DNA of 64,000 bases from Octopus vulgaris (GCA_951406725.2 OX597814.1:79980001-80044000), one strand, 5' to 3'; counted from the first letter of the stretch, positions 42,290-54,781 are shown. Translations and numbers: made by a program. The notes: generated from the sequence alone by a model not told the origin.

Positions 42290-42455
42290 CGTTAATCTAC
42301 TCTGTATCTGTTTTCTCTGTTCGTTCCTTTCTGTAGAAGAGCGTAGGCTCGCAACATCAAAGACTCTTCCGTTCTTCCCGAGCGTCAAACTAATACACCT
42401 TATTTGCTGTTTTTTCACCTGTCTGTCTTTTGCTTTTTTATACTTAATTTTGAAC
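42290..42455 (+). mobile_element. Diverged copy of the hammerhead-bearing repeat seen at 3690-3900
   Basis: cttt-CTGTAGA-a-gagc gtag gctc-GCAA-ca-TC-aaag, then ttcccgagcgtc..taatac as in the 3690 copy. Confidence 0.6.
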
Positions 42456-43499
42456 CATATGTGTGTGAGGAAGAGTGTGTATATGTGTATGTATGTATGT
42501 ATGTATGTATGTATGTATGTATGTATGTATGTATGTATGTATGTATGTATGTATGTATGTATGTATGTATGTATGTATGTATGTATGCATGTATGAGGAA
42601 AGAGAATGATGTGAAATGAAGAAAATATTTGAACATAGATACATAGAAATGAGGGGTTTTTAAACTCAATACAAATAAAACATCTAATATCTATTGCAAA
42701 TATTAGATGTTTGTGACTTCGAAGTTTCAGTCGATATGTGCCGAAGCTCCGATTTCACTGTTAATAAAGTTGTGATGCATAAGGACACAGCAATATTTCT
42801 TATAATTTCTTGTAGATATAAATTTGCACAAACAGAAACACACATATGCACACATACAAGCACGCATACACACATAAGTGCATACCCACACACACATGGG
42901 CTCGCATACGTTCCAAGACACACACAAATGGGGTCGCAAATGAACACACTCTCTCACACACACACACACATGTATGTTTGTGTGCGTGTGTATTATAGCT
43001 GTTTACTTGCGTAAAGATATTAATAATTTTATCAATTTATTTCTATTCAAAATAAATATGAGAATGTTCACATTATGTGCATGTCTATGCATAGATATAT
43101 AAGTGTGAACATAATATATAAATGAAAAGAGAAAACGAGAAACAAAATAAGAATGTGTGCTTATATGTATTGACGGGTGGATAGATTCACATGAATGTAA
43201 GAATGTGAATGTGTGAGTGTGTTAACAAAATTCTATTTTATTATTAAATCTAAAATGATACAATTACTAAACAACAACGTTATAAATCATCTATTAATAT
43301 ATATTAATAACAAAACAGACGGATTTACATGTAGGCGCATGTTCATGTTCGTTTCTGTGCTGCTGTCTTCTTCTTCTTATCAGGACTCACACCATTAGCC
43401 ACAAAGAATAATCTCTAATTTGAGCCTACTCTAAGCTACTAAGAATGCGTGTGGTAACTTGAAGATCCACCCACCACACGCGATAGACTGGCGGTTGCA

Positions 43500-43960
43500 C
43501 GGGCGCGAAAGCTATGTTGTTATCCTCATTCTGTAAACGGTGGTTTTTAACGGGTGGAGAGCTGAACTATCCTAGAGTACAGGGGATTTGCAGTCACCAC
43601 ACCATAGTGGGTTACACCATAATTCCTCTGCTTTGTGGCAGAAGTAGGAAAAAAGAGTGAGAGAAAGTTGTGGTGAAAGATTACAGTGATACTTGAAGAA
43701 GTTGTCACTTGAAAAGGAAAGTGAGAGTAGAGAGGCAAGTTTTGTCTAGCGAATGTTTTAAAAAAAGATGGGTGAATGTAGTAAGGATGGCACGTATGAA
43801 TGACGAAGCCACCTTGAGCATAATCCTACGAACCCGGAAATTTAAAACAGAGGGTTACCTATGTGCAAACAAATGTGGTAACATGTAACAATATTGACCG
43901 AGGTTACCGTGGTCTTTTCCGTCGGATTTTCTTCCACGGATAAACCTTATCTGCTTCCCC
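43500..43960 (+). mobile_element. Tx1/L1-like ORF2 C-terminus and 3' UTR relic
   Basis: HLKRKVRVERQVLSSECFKKRWVNVVRMARMNDEATLSIIL at ~43706-43828 resembles Tx1 ORF2 ends (R.R.E......F...W). Confidence 0.5.
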
Positions 43961-44037
43961 CTTACACCATGACACTGTGATACACGATCCCTATTGATCG
44001 TTTTTTTTTCCTTTTTTGTTTCTTTTCTTTAGAAAAG

Positions 44038-44068
<31 letters not shown>

Positions 44069-44083
44069 GATAGATAGATAAAT

Positions 44084-44175
<92 letters not shown>

Positions 44176-44396
44176 TGCATCTTTTAAATTTTTATACTTA
44201 TACCAGTCACTGGACGGCAGCCATACTGGGCCTCCACCTTGAATAGTTTTAGTCGAACGAATTGACCCTAGTACTTTTTTCTAAAGTCTGGTATTTATTC
44301 TATCGATCTCTTTTCCTGACATGCCAAATTACAAGGCCGTAAACAAATCGACACCGGCTTTATAAATTACACAATATGTATGTATGTATGTATGCA

Positions 44397-44472
<76 letters not shown>

Positions 44473-45167
44473 TCAAACGAATTGCCAAGTAACTTCGATT
44501 TCCTTTGCGCAAATATTTTCACATTCTTCAATTTTATTGCTTGCTTTGTCAGCTTGTGTTTTTTAAGGTGACTTTTAAAACATGCTCCAAGTATGTATGT
44601 GCATGTGTGTGCGCACGCATGTTTGTGCTTGAATATGTGTATGTATCGATCTGTGCTAGTCTACGGTACATACAGCTTGACCTGCTACAAAAACCACTCA
44701 AACGTCTCTCAAATAACAGTTTATCGTCTTACACATATAATATAGCACAGGGTATTTTCAAAAACCACAGGCTGGTTATGGTAGGAATAATTTCGATAAT
44801 GTGAATGTTGAATCAATGTCGACCTCTTTGTTGATAAGCAACTTGGACAAGGAAAAGAACAAACCAGTGTTGAGTCGAAATGTTAACTAAGTTATTCCGT
44901 TCAATATCGATCGATAAAACAAGCAGTTATCTGAAATAACTACTGGGGGCCGCATGACAGATTAGAATGAAGCCTAGAGACGATGCCCCAACATGGCCAC
45001 AGAACAATGTCTGAAACAAATAGAAAAAGAAAACTATAAGAATATATATATATAGTACCTTTGGAGTTAATTTAACTTTTTTAGCATAAGCGGTGCTAGT
45101 CAACGCCTTCCATCACTTTTGTGGTCTCCATTAATTTTGCCTTTAGATTCTAATTGCTAATAATTTA

Positions 45168-45400
45168 TCCATCTCTTTTTGCTGAACCGTTAAGTTACGG
45201 TGACATAAGCACACCAGCATCAGTTGTCAAGCGATGTTGGGGCCTGTATGGTAAGTAGCTTACTTACCAACCACATGGTTCCGAATTTAGTCCCACCGCG
45301 TGACACCTTGTCTTCTACTATAGCCTCGGGCTAACCGAAACCTTGTGAGTGGATTTGGTAGAGGGGAAACTGAAAGAAGCCTGTCGTATATATATATATA

Positions 45401-45462
<62 letters not shown>

Positions 45463-45525
45463 CGTATGTATATATGTATATGTCTGTATACGTTTGTGTG
45501 TATGTTTCCCACCACCACATCGCTT
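45168..45525. mobile_element. Rearranged SINE family A (inverted halves)
   Basis: 45168-45241 is the 3' half on the minus strand; 45242-45525 is the 5' half on the plus strand. Confidence 0.75.
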
Positions 45526-45719
45526 ACGTATATATATACATGTATACAGATAGATATAAATATTCTAAATATAAAATATACAAATAAATGACACTTAAAT
45601 GAGATATTATTACGCAAGAGAAAGACTTGGTGAAATACTATAAAACACAATGAAAAAGACAAAGAGACAGAAGAAACTAGACGATGCATAAGAGAAAGGT
45701 AATATAAAGAACCAGAAAA

Positions 45720-45915
45720 AAGCGGTAAGCAGACGAAATCTTTAGCAGGCAGGACAAAATGCTTAGCGGCATTTCGTCTGTCTTTGCATTCTGAGGTCGA
45801 CTTTAACTTTCATCTCTCGTGGTCGATGAAATAAGTACCAGTTAAACATTGGTCTCGACGTAATCGACTTACTCCCTCACCTGAAATTGCTATTCTTGTG
45901 CCAAAATTTGAAAAC
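45720..45915 (+). mobile_element. SINE family B
   Basis: aaaatgcttagcggcatttcgtctgtc...gaggtcgacttt...ttgtgccaaaatttgaaa. Confidence 0.8.
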
Positions 45916-45990
45916 AAAATAGAAAATAAAATGTATAACAGAGCCAGTGAGAAAGAGCGAGAAAGAAAGATAAGTGAGATTCTTTCGTTC

Positions 45991-46025
<35 letters not shown>

Positions 46026-46127
46026 GTCTCTTATTCCATGGTGATTTTACTCTGTCTTTTGTTTGAGTCTTAATACTGCCAGCTGACCACTTTATGCATA
46101 TGTAATATCAAAAGATAACAGTCCACC

Positions 46128-46395
46128 CTGAGGTAGACAGAAACTGAAAGAAAGCCGTCGTACCTGAGTGTGCGTGTGTGTGTGTGTCTAGGTTTTTCCC
46201 CCTACCACTATTGGCAACCGGTTTTGGTTTGTTTACGTCCCCATGACTTAGCAGATCGGCAAAAGCGAACGATAGAATAATTACCTGGCTTGAAAATAAG
46301 AACTGGGGGTGAGTTATTCGAGTAAACCCTTCAAGGCGGTGCCCCAGCATGGCCGCAATGCAATGACTGAAACAAAATAAAAGATAAAAGATAAG
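46128..46395 (+). mobile_element. SINE family A, 5'-truncated
   Basis: ggtagacagaaactgaaagaaagccgtcg...aacccttcaaggcggtgccccagcatggccgca...(AAAGAT)n tail. Confidence 0.85.
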
Positions 46396-47039
46396 AGATA
46401 AAAGAAAGATACTGAAACGACGCTTCGATCAGTTTCAGTTCTGCTCTCGTCATTTCACTTTTGCTTTAATGGATAAAAATGTGACTCTTAATTTTACAAA
46501 TAAAGATACTTTGTTCGAATTAAATCGAGAGTTATGCTGTATGTATCCAGGAAAGATATTTGATAACAATCAGAGATCAAAACCAAACGGAATGCTGCGC
46601 ACGTCTAAAGTAAACAAGGAGTTAATTAAGATCTAATTAACAACAACCCATCCTCGGTAATCATCAGTTTGATATTTAATCAACACATCATGTCTCAAAC
46701 GGCAATGTTCTAATCAACCATCGTAAATCTACATTATTGCTATTGCTGCTGCCATTTAACTCCTTCACTGACCTTATCCATTATTAGCAGCAATCCAATT
46801 ATGACCATCTCATCTTTTTATGTGCATCTAGATCTGTATTATTGTCGATCAGGTTTCCTTTTTGCAAGACAGCCGGGTACTTTAATTTTAAGAATATTTC
46901 ACAACTATTTCTAACAGATAGAGAGGTCACGTAACATTTTTTCCTTAGCTCATAAATCTACGTTGCTCTTCCTTTTTCTATGCGATTATTTATATGTTCA
47001 TTTATGCAATTAATTATTTTCTCTCCTTTGATGTCTTAG

Positions 47040-47238
47040 CTTTCGATTTGCAAGCACACGATGTTGAGTTCAGTCCCACTGCGAGACACGTTTGGCAAGT
47101 GTCTTCTACTATAGCCCCCGGCCAACCAGTGCCATATAAAGAAATTAGTAGGCAGAAACTGCGTGGAAACCCGTCCTATGTAGGTGTGTGTATGTGTGTG
47201 TGCATGCGCGCGTGCGTATATATCTATATATCTATATC

Positions 47239-47275
<37 letters not shown>

Positions 47276-47488
47276 GTGTATCTTTGTGTTTGTCCCGACC
47301 CCACACCACTTGACATCCAGTGCTGGTTTGTTTACATCCTCTAACTTAGCAGTCCGGCAAAAGAGGAAAACATAGAATAAGCATTAGATATTTTAAAAAG
47401 TAAGTACTGGTTTCAATTTGTTCAACTATAGTTTTCAAGCGGTGCTCCAGCATGACCGCAGTCCAGTGACTGAAACAAGTAAAAGATT
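47040..47488 (+). mobile_element. SINE family A
   Basis: gagttcagtcccactgcg...ggcaagtgtcttctactatagcc...cggtgctccagcatgaccgcagtccagtgactgaaacaagtaaaaga. Confidence 0.85.
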
Positions 47489-48342
47489 AGAGGTTTCGTG
47501 GATACTTTCACTATTGTTACAGTTTAGCTCTAAATGAGCCTGATGGGGGTTGATCTATGATGAAAGTCATTCCAACCGTGACAGTCCTACTATTTTTCTT
47601 GCCTTAGTGCATCTTGAAATATATTTTCCATTGTTTCCTTCTCGTTTTGAAGAAAGTTAGGTGTAATTTTGTGGTTATTTCTAGCAGATAGACATGCTAC
47701 GAAAATACTCGCGCTTTGGCTTCATATTAGAGATGTCACTGTTGTTGTTATTGCACATAGGTATTCTATCCGTGGCTACCTCGTCTTTTCCTCTTCTTTG
47801 CAGATAACACAGAACCACGTTATGTACGAATGAATTTCTTCATCTTTTGTTTTAGACAGTGAGGTGACAGTCGAGGGAAATTCAGTTGTTATTTCTAACA
47901 TGTCAAATAACCACCAAGAGATTCCTTTGCTGGCTTCATAAAGGAAATGCTGTCGATGATGTTGTTTAACATCAGGTTAGCTTAGACCGAGCAGATCTAT
48001 GTTTAAAACCATTCCAGCCAAGACCATCCTGTCTTTCTCCTATATACTGAGAGCCCAGGACCATGTTATCCAATGAGTCGTCACTATTTCTTTAAGACAG
48101 CAAGATATGATATGTGGAAAATTTGGTTGCTATGTGTGGCATATGGGGTGACTAAATAGAGGCTAGCTGTTGGCTCGACTTATCGGAGATTGTTTTCTAG
48201 TGGCGACAAATTGTCTTGGATGTTTCCCAACATTTTAATAACTCTATTCTTTCGGCCATCTTATTATATTGTTGTTGTAACTTCCATTCACAAATTTTCT
48301 TTTCTTCGCTAAATTATCTCCAAACCATTTCTAAGTCACCCC

Positions 48343-48421
<79 letters not shown>

Positions 48422-48507
48422 TTATCAATATATATACGTACATTGTATATATATATATATATATATCTTCCACGAACACTCACACACACATATATACATA
48501 CATATAC

Positions 48508-48601
<94 letters not shown>

Positions 48602-48736
48602 AATAGTCTAAATTATGCAAAAATATTAACACTGACATCTCATTTTAACAGATATATTTACCACAATTAGTTAAATATCTTGAAATAGCTAGTTGTAAAA
48701 TCTCGCGGAGACACTAGAGTAATAACTATACTAAAC

Positions 48737-48982
48737 AGTAAAGCCAGTCGCCACATTAAGGTGGCTGTTGAATGTTACTACTATTTTAACTGCAGGCAGA
48801 TTCTCCTCCAGCTGGCTTTCGGTGCGACTCTGCACCCTTTATATACAATATATTGTTAGCAGGGGGAGCGATCCCTCTAGCAGAAGGATCGCGAGACTGA
48901 CTTAGTTTCGTGCTATTTGGCTTATCCTCCGTCATGAGTACGTCAGACCGACAGCCAGAGTCCGCTAGCTACTGGCTTTACT
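48737..48982. mobile_element. MITE-like element with 15-bp terminal inverted repeats
   Basis: agtaaagccagtcgc (48737-48751) versus gctactggctttact (48968-48982): 14/15 reverse-complement match. Confidence 0.55.
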
Positions 48983-49004
48983 ATCTTAAAATGCTAAAGA
49001 TTAA

Positions 49005-50050
49005 ATCTATTCAATAAAATCGCCATAGGCTTCAACTATGGCCTCCAGACGACTTCAGAATCTCCTGTAACTTCTGGACGGTCTCCTTGTTTAAGCTGGT
49101 GAAAGCTACCGTAATCCTTGCCTTCAGTTCATCTTTCGTGTTACAAGGAGTTGTTTTGGTCTCTCGCTCAACTGCACCCTACACATAATGATTAAGGGGT
49201 TTGCAGTGTAGTGGGTTAGGTAGCCAAATGTTAGGAGTGATGTGGTCGCAGAAATTGTCTGACAGTCATAACTGGGCTCGCCTGCTTGTGTGATATAGTG
49301 CAGCGTCCTGTTTTCTGACATAGTGTCTTCCAGCGGCCACCCTCTTGACCCACGGCAGCAGTACCTTCTCCAGACACTTGATGTAGGTCTCCATGATGAG
49401 TCTGAGGCCATGTGGGAAGAGGAATGGGGTATAACGTCTATATCGCTAGTGATCACTCCAAACACCTTGATGTCGGTTGGAGGGGATGCTCGACTTTGTT
49501 GAAAAGCTTCGTAGCAGGGTCATTCACCTTGTCCTTGATGGCTTGTGATGAAATTCAACCCTTTCTGATCTTGTATGAGGAATACCGAATGTTTTCATGC
49601 ACTATCTGCCTGAAAAGTGAGTCAGACACTCTTATGTCACTGGCGATAGACCTGACTGACTTGGAGGGAACGTTGTCAATCATGGCCTCGATCTAAACAA
49701 CAAATTCAGGAGTTCTTCTCTCATCAGAACGATCAGCGTGAGTTTTTTGAGCTGCTGTACCTCCGTAATCACCATTAGACTCATCCAACTCTTTCCGAAT
49801 CCTCTACACTGTCCTCACTCAAACACTGTGAAGTGTTCGCATTGGAGCTTCCGGCGCGAATGCGAAGCAGTGCAGCATATCGTTTCCAAATTTCTGGCAG
49901 AGTGAATTGCGTCATGGTGCTGTTTTTCTCACAGACGGTGCTCAACTGACTCTACTATACTGCGCAGTCGACAAAATCAAAAGGAAAAAATGTGCAAGCG
50001 TGAAATTAAAAATATAATATGCCGACACAATTTATCCATCGCACCCTGTA
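49005..50050 (-). mobile_element. Decayed Tc1/mariner-superfamily transposon (maT/DD37D-like)
   Basis: Minus strand: TA-CAGGGTG TIR start at 50050, MTQFTLPEIWKRYAALLRIRAGS, C-terminal HITPNIWLPNPLHCKPLNHYV*GAVERETK..CNTKDELKARI..SRLEAIVEAYGDFIE (WPPNSPDLNPLDY.VW motif). Confidence 0.85.
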
Positions 50051-50058
50051 TGTGTGTT

Positions 50059-50094
<36 letters not shown>

Positions 50095-50150
50095 ACCAAA
50101 CACGAGGTCCTGGTTTCGATCCCCATCGTAGTATATTGGGCTATTATATA

Positions 50151-50360
50151 TACGAGGTGGCGCTGAAAAGTTCCTGGCTTTCAGAGTAACGCGAAAGGCT
50201 GGAAGCCCATTCTTCCGACTTCTTTTACTGGACTTAGAAAAACTGAAGGACTGCTGCGATAAGTGTTTGAATCCGAGAGGAGGATATGTTGAATAAAATA
50301 ATAATTATGTGATCAACCTGCTTTTACACAAAGCCAAGAATTTTTCAGCACCCCCTCGTG
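50151..50360. mobile_element. Mariner-derived MITE
   Basis: ~31-bp TIRs tacgaggtggcgctgaaaagttcctggcttt / aaagccaagaatttttcagcaccccctcgtg; TA at the left end. Confidence 0.85.
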
Positions 50361-50383
50361 TGGTAGGGGTGAGTGCGTCTTTG

Positions 50384-50449
<66 letters not shown>

Positions 50450-51618
50450 CGTGCGTGCGTGTGCGTGTGTGTGTGTCCTGAAACACGCACATAAATACGA
50501 GTCAACGAGCAAGCCACTACACAGTCGCTCGAAATGCTAAGAACAACAACCAGATCTCCCTCAATGTACACGTCCCAAGGTGTGTAACCACATGTCTGAG
50601 TAAAACAAAATATTCACATCTGCAGATTCACTGACACCAAATACTTGCACATTTACACACATAAATACCACCCTGTTGATAAAGTTGAAATACCAACGAA
50701 GAAGCCTTGAATCTAGGTTAGAAACCGGCTATTTCTCAATTACCAAGAGATCATACAAAAATATATACATACAAATCAGTAGAAAAATGTAAGCGTTTAT
50801 GTTGGGAACAACACTGAGACGCTAGACGATTTTCACAGATGATTTGGCTATGGGAGTGTAGTTTTATGTAGGGCAAGTGATACATTTCTGAGAAACTGAT
50901 AGCAGAAAATATGTCGGATACTGTGACACAATCTTGAAGAACAGCATTTTACAGGTTTTATTTTGAAGGATCCTTTGTCTAGAGATATGCTTAAACGAGA
51001 ACTAAAGTGTACTTCAATCTAAATTTTCATGCTATTACTTCATAATCTTTTACCAAAAGTGTGTTCCTCTCCACTGGACAAATATTGTTTTTGCACAGTT
51101 GAAATAAGTGTAGAATTATAGTAATCTTTCTCACCAGGATTCGCTGGTGGGAATGAAGTTTTTACCGTCGATGGCGCATCTATATAACAGGATGGATGTA
51201 CCACATAAATGATACCATTATCGCTCTCAAGCCATTAACTAGTCCAAATGCGACATCAAACCAACAAGATCAGTCAACTGTTAGTGGAAGTGGAGACGAA
51301 TTACAAATAAAATGACTTGAAAATTTGAGCAAAGTCGACCCCAACATTGAGACCAACTACGTACAAGCATAAAGGCACGCTGGCAAAACACTGTTCTTCT
51401 GAATGAAAACCTTACCTGTCATTGTGGTTTTGTGGCACACTCAAGAAAGCACATAGGAAATGATCCACAAGCACTAGAGCAAACTGAGCCCTCAACTTGT
51501 TCCATTTACCAAAAGGTTTGCACCAGCAGGCTTTACGAGACACATTCGTGTCCATAGAACATAATCAACGCTTTATTTTACTGAATCCTCATTTGTAGTT
51601 GACGTCAAGAGAATCCAT

Positions 51619-51650
<32 letters not shown>

Positions 51651-51652
<2 letters not shown>

Positions 51653-51839
51653 GGAGTAAACACATAAATGTGAAACAAGGTGGAAAAAAGAATACTCAAA
51701 TACCAGTGGTAGAGTAATATGCTTTATTTTAAGCAGCAGAAAATTCAACAAAATCTGTTACTCTGAGTTTCTCTGATGAACGGCAACGAGAAACTCAGAG
51801 TAACAGATTTTGTTGAATTTTCTGCTGTTTAAAATAAAG
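51651..51839. mobile_element. Penelope-like terminus in inverted arrangement, inserted in (TA)n
   Basis: 51651-51773 is the reverse complement of 2850-2972; 51773-51839 is a forward copy of 2835-2901 including CTGATGA..GAAA..GTA. TA arrays lie on both sides. Confidence 0.8.
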
Positions 51840-51876
<37 letters not shown>

Positions 51877-52109
51877 ATGAATGTATGTATATATACGCCA
51901 GCTCAATTTGATTCGTTCTCAATTGAAAGATGCCTGTTGTTATTTCTTCCTGTTTGAATTCGTAATTGTGTACCATGTTCTCCGTTTTTTGTTTCTTTGT
52001 TGTTGTTTTTTGACTTTGGTTGGCTTGAGATTAAAGTAGAATACACTTGCACAAGATGCCACGCAGTGGGACTGAAGCCGGAACCATATGGTTGGGAAGC
52101 AAGCTTCTT

Positions 52110-54239
52110 TTATTCATTAAATTGGCTATAAAGTCCTTACAAAGAAAGGAAGCTGCGGGCTGGACAAGGGCATAATGAGATGAAATGATGGACGATATGA
52201 TAATAATGAGGACAACAGCAACGACCGCCGATTGCTGTTTATCTGAGCACATTGTCCTCAATAATTACTATATTTTAGGCAACAAACATCTTACATAGTA
52301 AAACATCAACGTAGCAATAAACCTCTTACATTTACAAAACAAAAAGCCATTGTGAGGCAATAAACCTCTTACACAAATTAATTATAAAATCAATGAAACG
52401 ATACAACTGAGGCACACAGCCTCTTACTTTAATTAGTTACAAATCCTCCTGCCCGACTAGACTTCTCGCCTCAGTTAAATACCTGGACGGCGCCAAGTCG
52501 GGCCAATTTAGCATGAATCTGAGGGTATCCTTAGAGAGGGAGCTCATTGTCCTGAACAGATCGTTCTCCGCCATGACCTTCGAAGCCATCTGCGAAGGCC
52601 ACACAGGGTCCTCCATGCAGGACAGAATTCCCCTCCCTTCGGCCCTTCGTTTTAAGCTTCTTTACAAAGCCCTCCAATGTCCTTCCCTTATGGAAGAGGA
52701 CCACAAATTCCTCCTCCGTATCATGGAGGGAGTGTATACCTTTGGTGGCACAACTTCCACCGAATGTGCTTCGGGACACGCCGACAGTGTGTCACAAACC
52801 GCCGGCAATGTCCCGTTTTTCTTTTTTTTTTTTCTTTTTTTTTCCTTTGAGTCACTGGAGGGTGGGGTTCCCCCGCTTTGTCCACAGATCCTCCCTCCCT
52901 CCCGCAGCCCTCGGATCCTTCGGTGGGCAAGCATTGTTGCCCACCTTTCCTTTCTTTCCTTTTTTCAAGGAGGTTTTCACCTCCTCGACTTCCTCCTTCT
53001 CTCCCTCCAATGAGGGAGCAGGGAGTGGTATCTTTATCAAGTGCTCCAGAAACTTATTTTGCTCCTTAGGGCAGTTCTTTTTGGTATGATCCGATTCCAG
53101 GCACAAGTGACACTTGGTGGGGTGGGGCGTCCCTCAAGCATCAGCAGATATCTAGACCCGGCTTTTCTTAAAAAATCTGGAAATACCAGATTTTCGGCTG
53201 ATTGGGTCCATAGGGTCAAAACAGTTTTTGATCCCTCCCAATAAGCCGCAGGCAGAATGTTCACATTGGGGAGCTTGGTACTGCTGCCACCCAGACCGTG
53301 GTGGATAGTATCCTCTATCCACTCGGGCTCAATTCCGGGTGGCAAACCGCAGATCCAAGCTCTCGTCAACTTCTTCTCACAATAAGTGGGAAGAAACAAA
53401 ATTTCTTGCCCTCCAGGGGCTGGCTCGTGAATTCGCAAGCCTCTTCGGGGGTATCAAACAGCAACTACACCGTTGCATGTTTGACCCCTCCCCCAACTGA
53501 GAGCTAAACTTAATAGTTGGCATATATTCTGCCAACTCCATCTCAATCCTTTTTTTTTCAAAGACGACGATGGTGTCGTGGGACTTGGAGTAATTCCTCA
53601 ACACCACCGTCTTCTTTTCAAATTCCTCTAACCATGGTATGATTTCCCATTCCATAAGTTTATCTTTGTTCTTTGCCATGTGAAAAAATTAACAGTTCAA
53701 AACACAGTTCACAAAAATTCAAATTATAAAAGAGATAAACAAAAAGAGAGTCTTAACAAAAAGGAAGAACAAAAATAAACAGCGTTTCAAAAATAAAAGA
53801 CAGAAGAGGGAGCGAGAGTTCATACGGTACTCTCAGCCCTCAACTGGAACACGGTCTCTCACAATTATCGTCTAATTTCTTGAAATTATTTTTTTTTAAA
53901 TCCCACGAAATTAAACAGGAACAGTTCTCACAAATAATTGAGAACAACACAGTTCTCAAATTAAATTAAATTGGAGGCTGGACACGCCTCCAAACAGCAA
54001 TTCTCACAATTAAGTGAGAAAATCAAAATGCTCGACCGCATGCAGACCAAAGCCCAGAATCCAGTGAGGACTCCTTGCTTGTACAAAAAATAAATCTCAC
54101 AAACAACGAACTCCCACTGGACCCAAAAAGCAAAAAGTCTTACCTTACAGTAGAGCCTCTTTCAGTAACAATTTTCGTCCGTTATAAACCAGCGTGACGA
54201 CTTCGATGGTACAATGAAAACAGCTAAACAACTGGAACC
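52110..54239 (-). mobile_element. ORF1-only non-LTR element (HAL1-like, Tx1/L1 type) with 15-bp TSD
   Basis: ggaagcaagcttctt at 52095-52109 and 54240-54254. Frameshifted ORF1 runs from ATG 53679 to stop ~52437 with a CX2CX4HX4C knuckle CHLCLESDHTKKNC at 53071-53112 preceded by EGRPT. No RT or endonuclease motifs seen. Confidence 0.85.
52437..53679 (-). pseudogene. Frameshifted LINE ORF1 (RRM-like region, zinc knuckle, Lys/Glu-rich region)
   Basis: Overlapping minus-strand ORFs 53377-53679, 53037-53438, 52852-53106 and 52662-52934 read as one protein broken by frameshifts. Confidence 0.7.
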
Positions 54240-54357
54240 GGAAGCAAGCTTCTTACCACACAGCCACGCCTGCGCGTATAAACACATACACACGCATACA
54301 CACACACTCTTACACACACAAATGAAAGATATTCTATTCAAACTTTTTCTTTCATAT

Positions 54358-54583
54358 TCTTTTATTCTTTTATTTGTTTCATTCATTTGACTGCGGTCGT
54401 GCTAGAACACCACTTTGAGGGGTTTTAGTCAAACAAATTGACCCCAGGACTTATTTTTTAAGCCTTTTACTTATTCTATCATTTTCTTTTGCTGAACCGC
54501 TAAGGGGACGCAAGCACACCAACACCAGTTGTCAAGCAGTGATGTGTGGGGGAGACACAAAGACACAAAGACAACACATACGT

Positions 54584-54619
<36 letters not shown>

Positions 54620-54781
54620 GACGGGCTTCTTTCAGTTTCCATCCACCAAATCCACTGACAAGGCTTGGGTCAGCCCGAGGCTATAGTAGAAGACATTTGC
54701 CCAAGGTGGCACGCAGTGGGACTGAAAACGGAACCATGTGGTTAGGAAGCAAGCATCTTACTACACAGCCACGCCTGTCCC
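54358..54781 (-). mobile_element. SINE family A, full length
   Basis: Colinear with 22005-22403. Confidence 0.88.

Noticed and set aside
50688-50740. Hammerhead-like agcct..aggtt-a-GAAACCGG motif
   Set aside because: The first core (ACGAAGA) and the cleavage triplet do not fit; no second copy to check.
50800-51610. Unique-looking stretch, possibly a non-LTR 5' region on the minus strand
   Set aside because: No recognisable protein motif; left unannotated.
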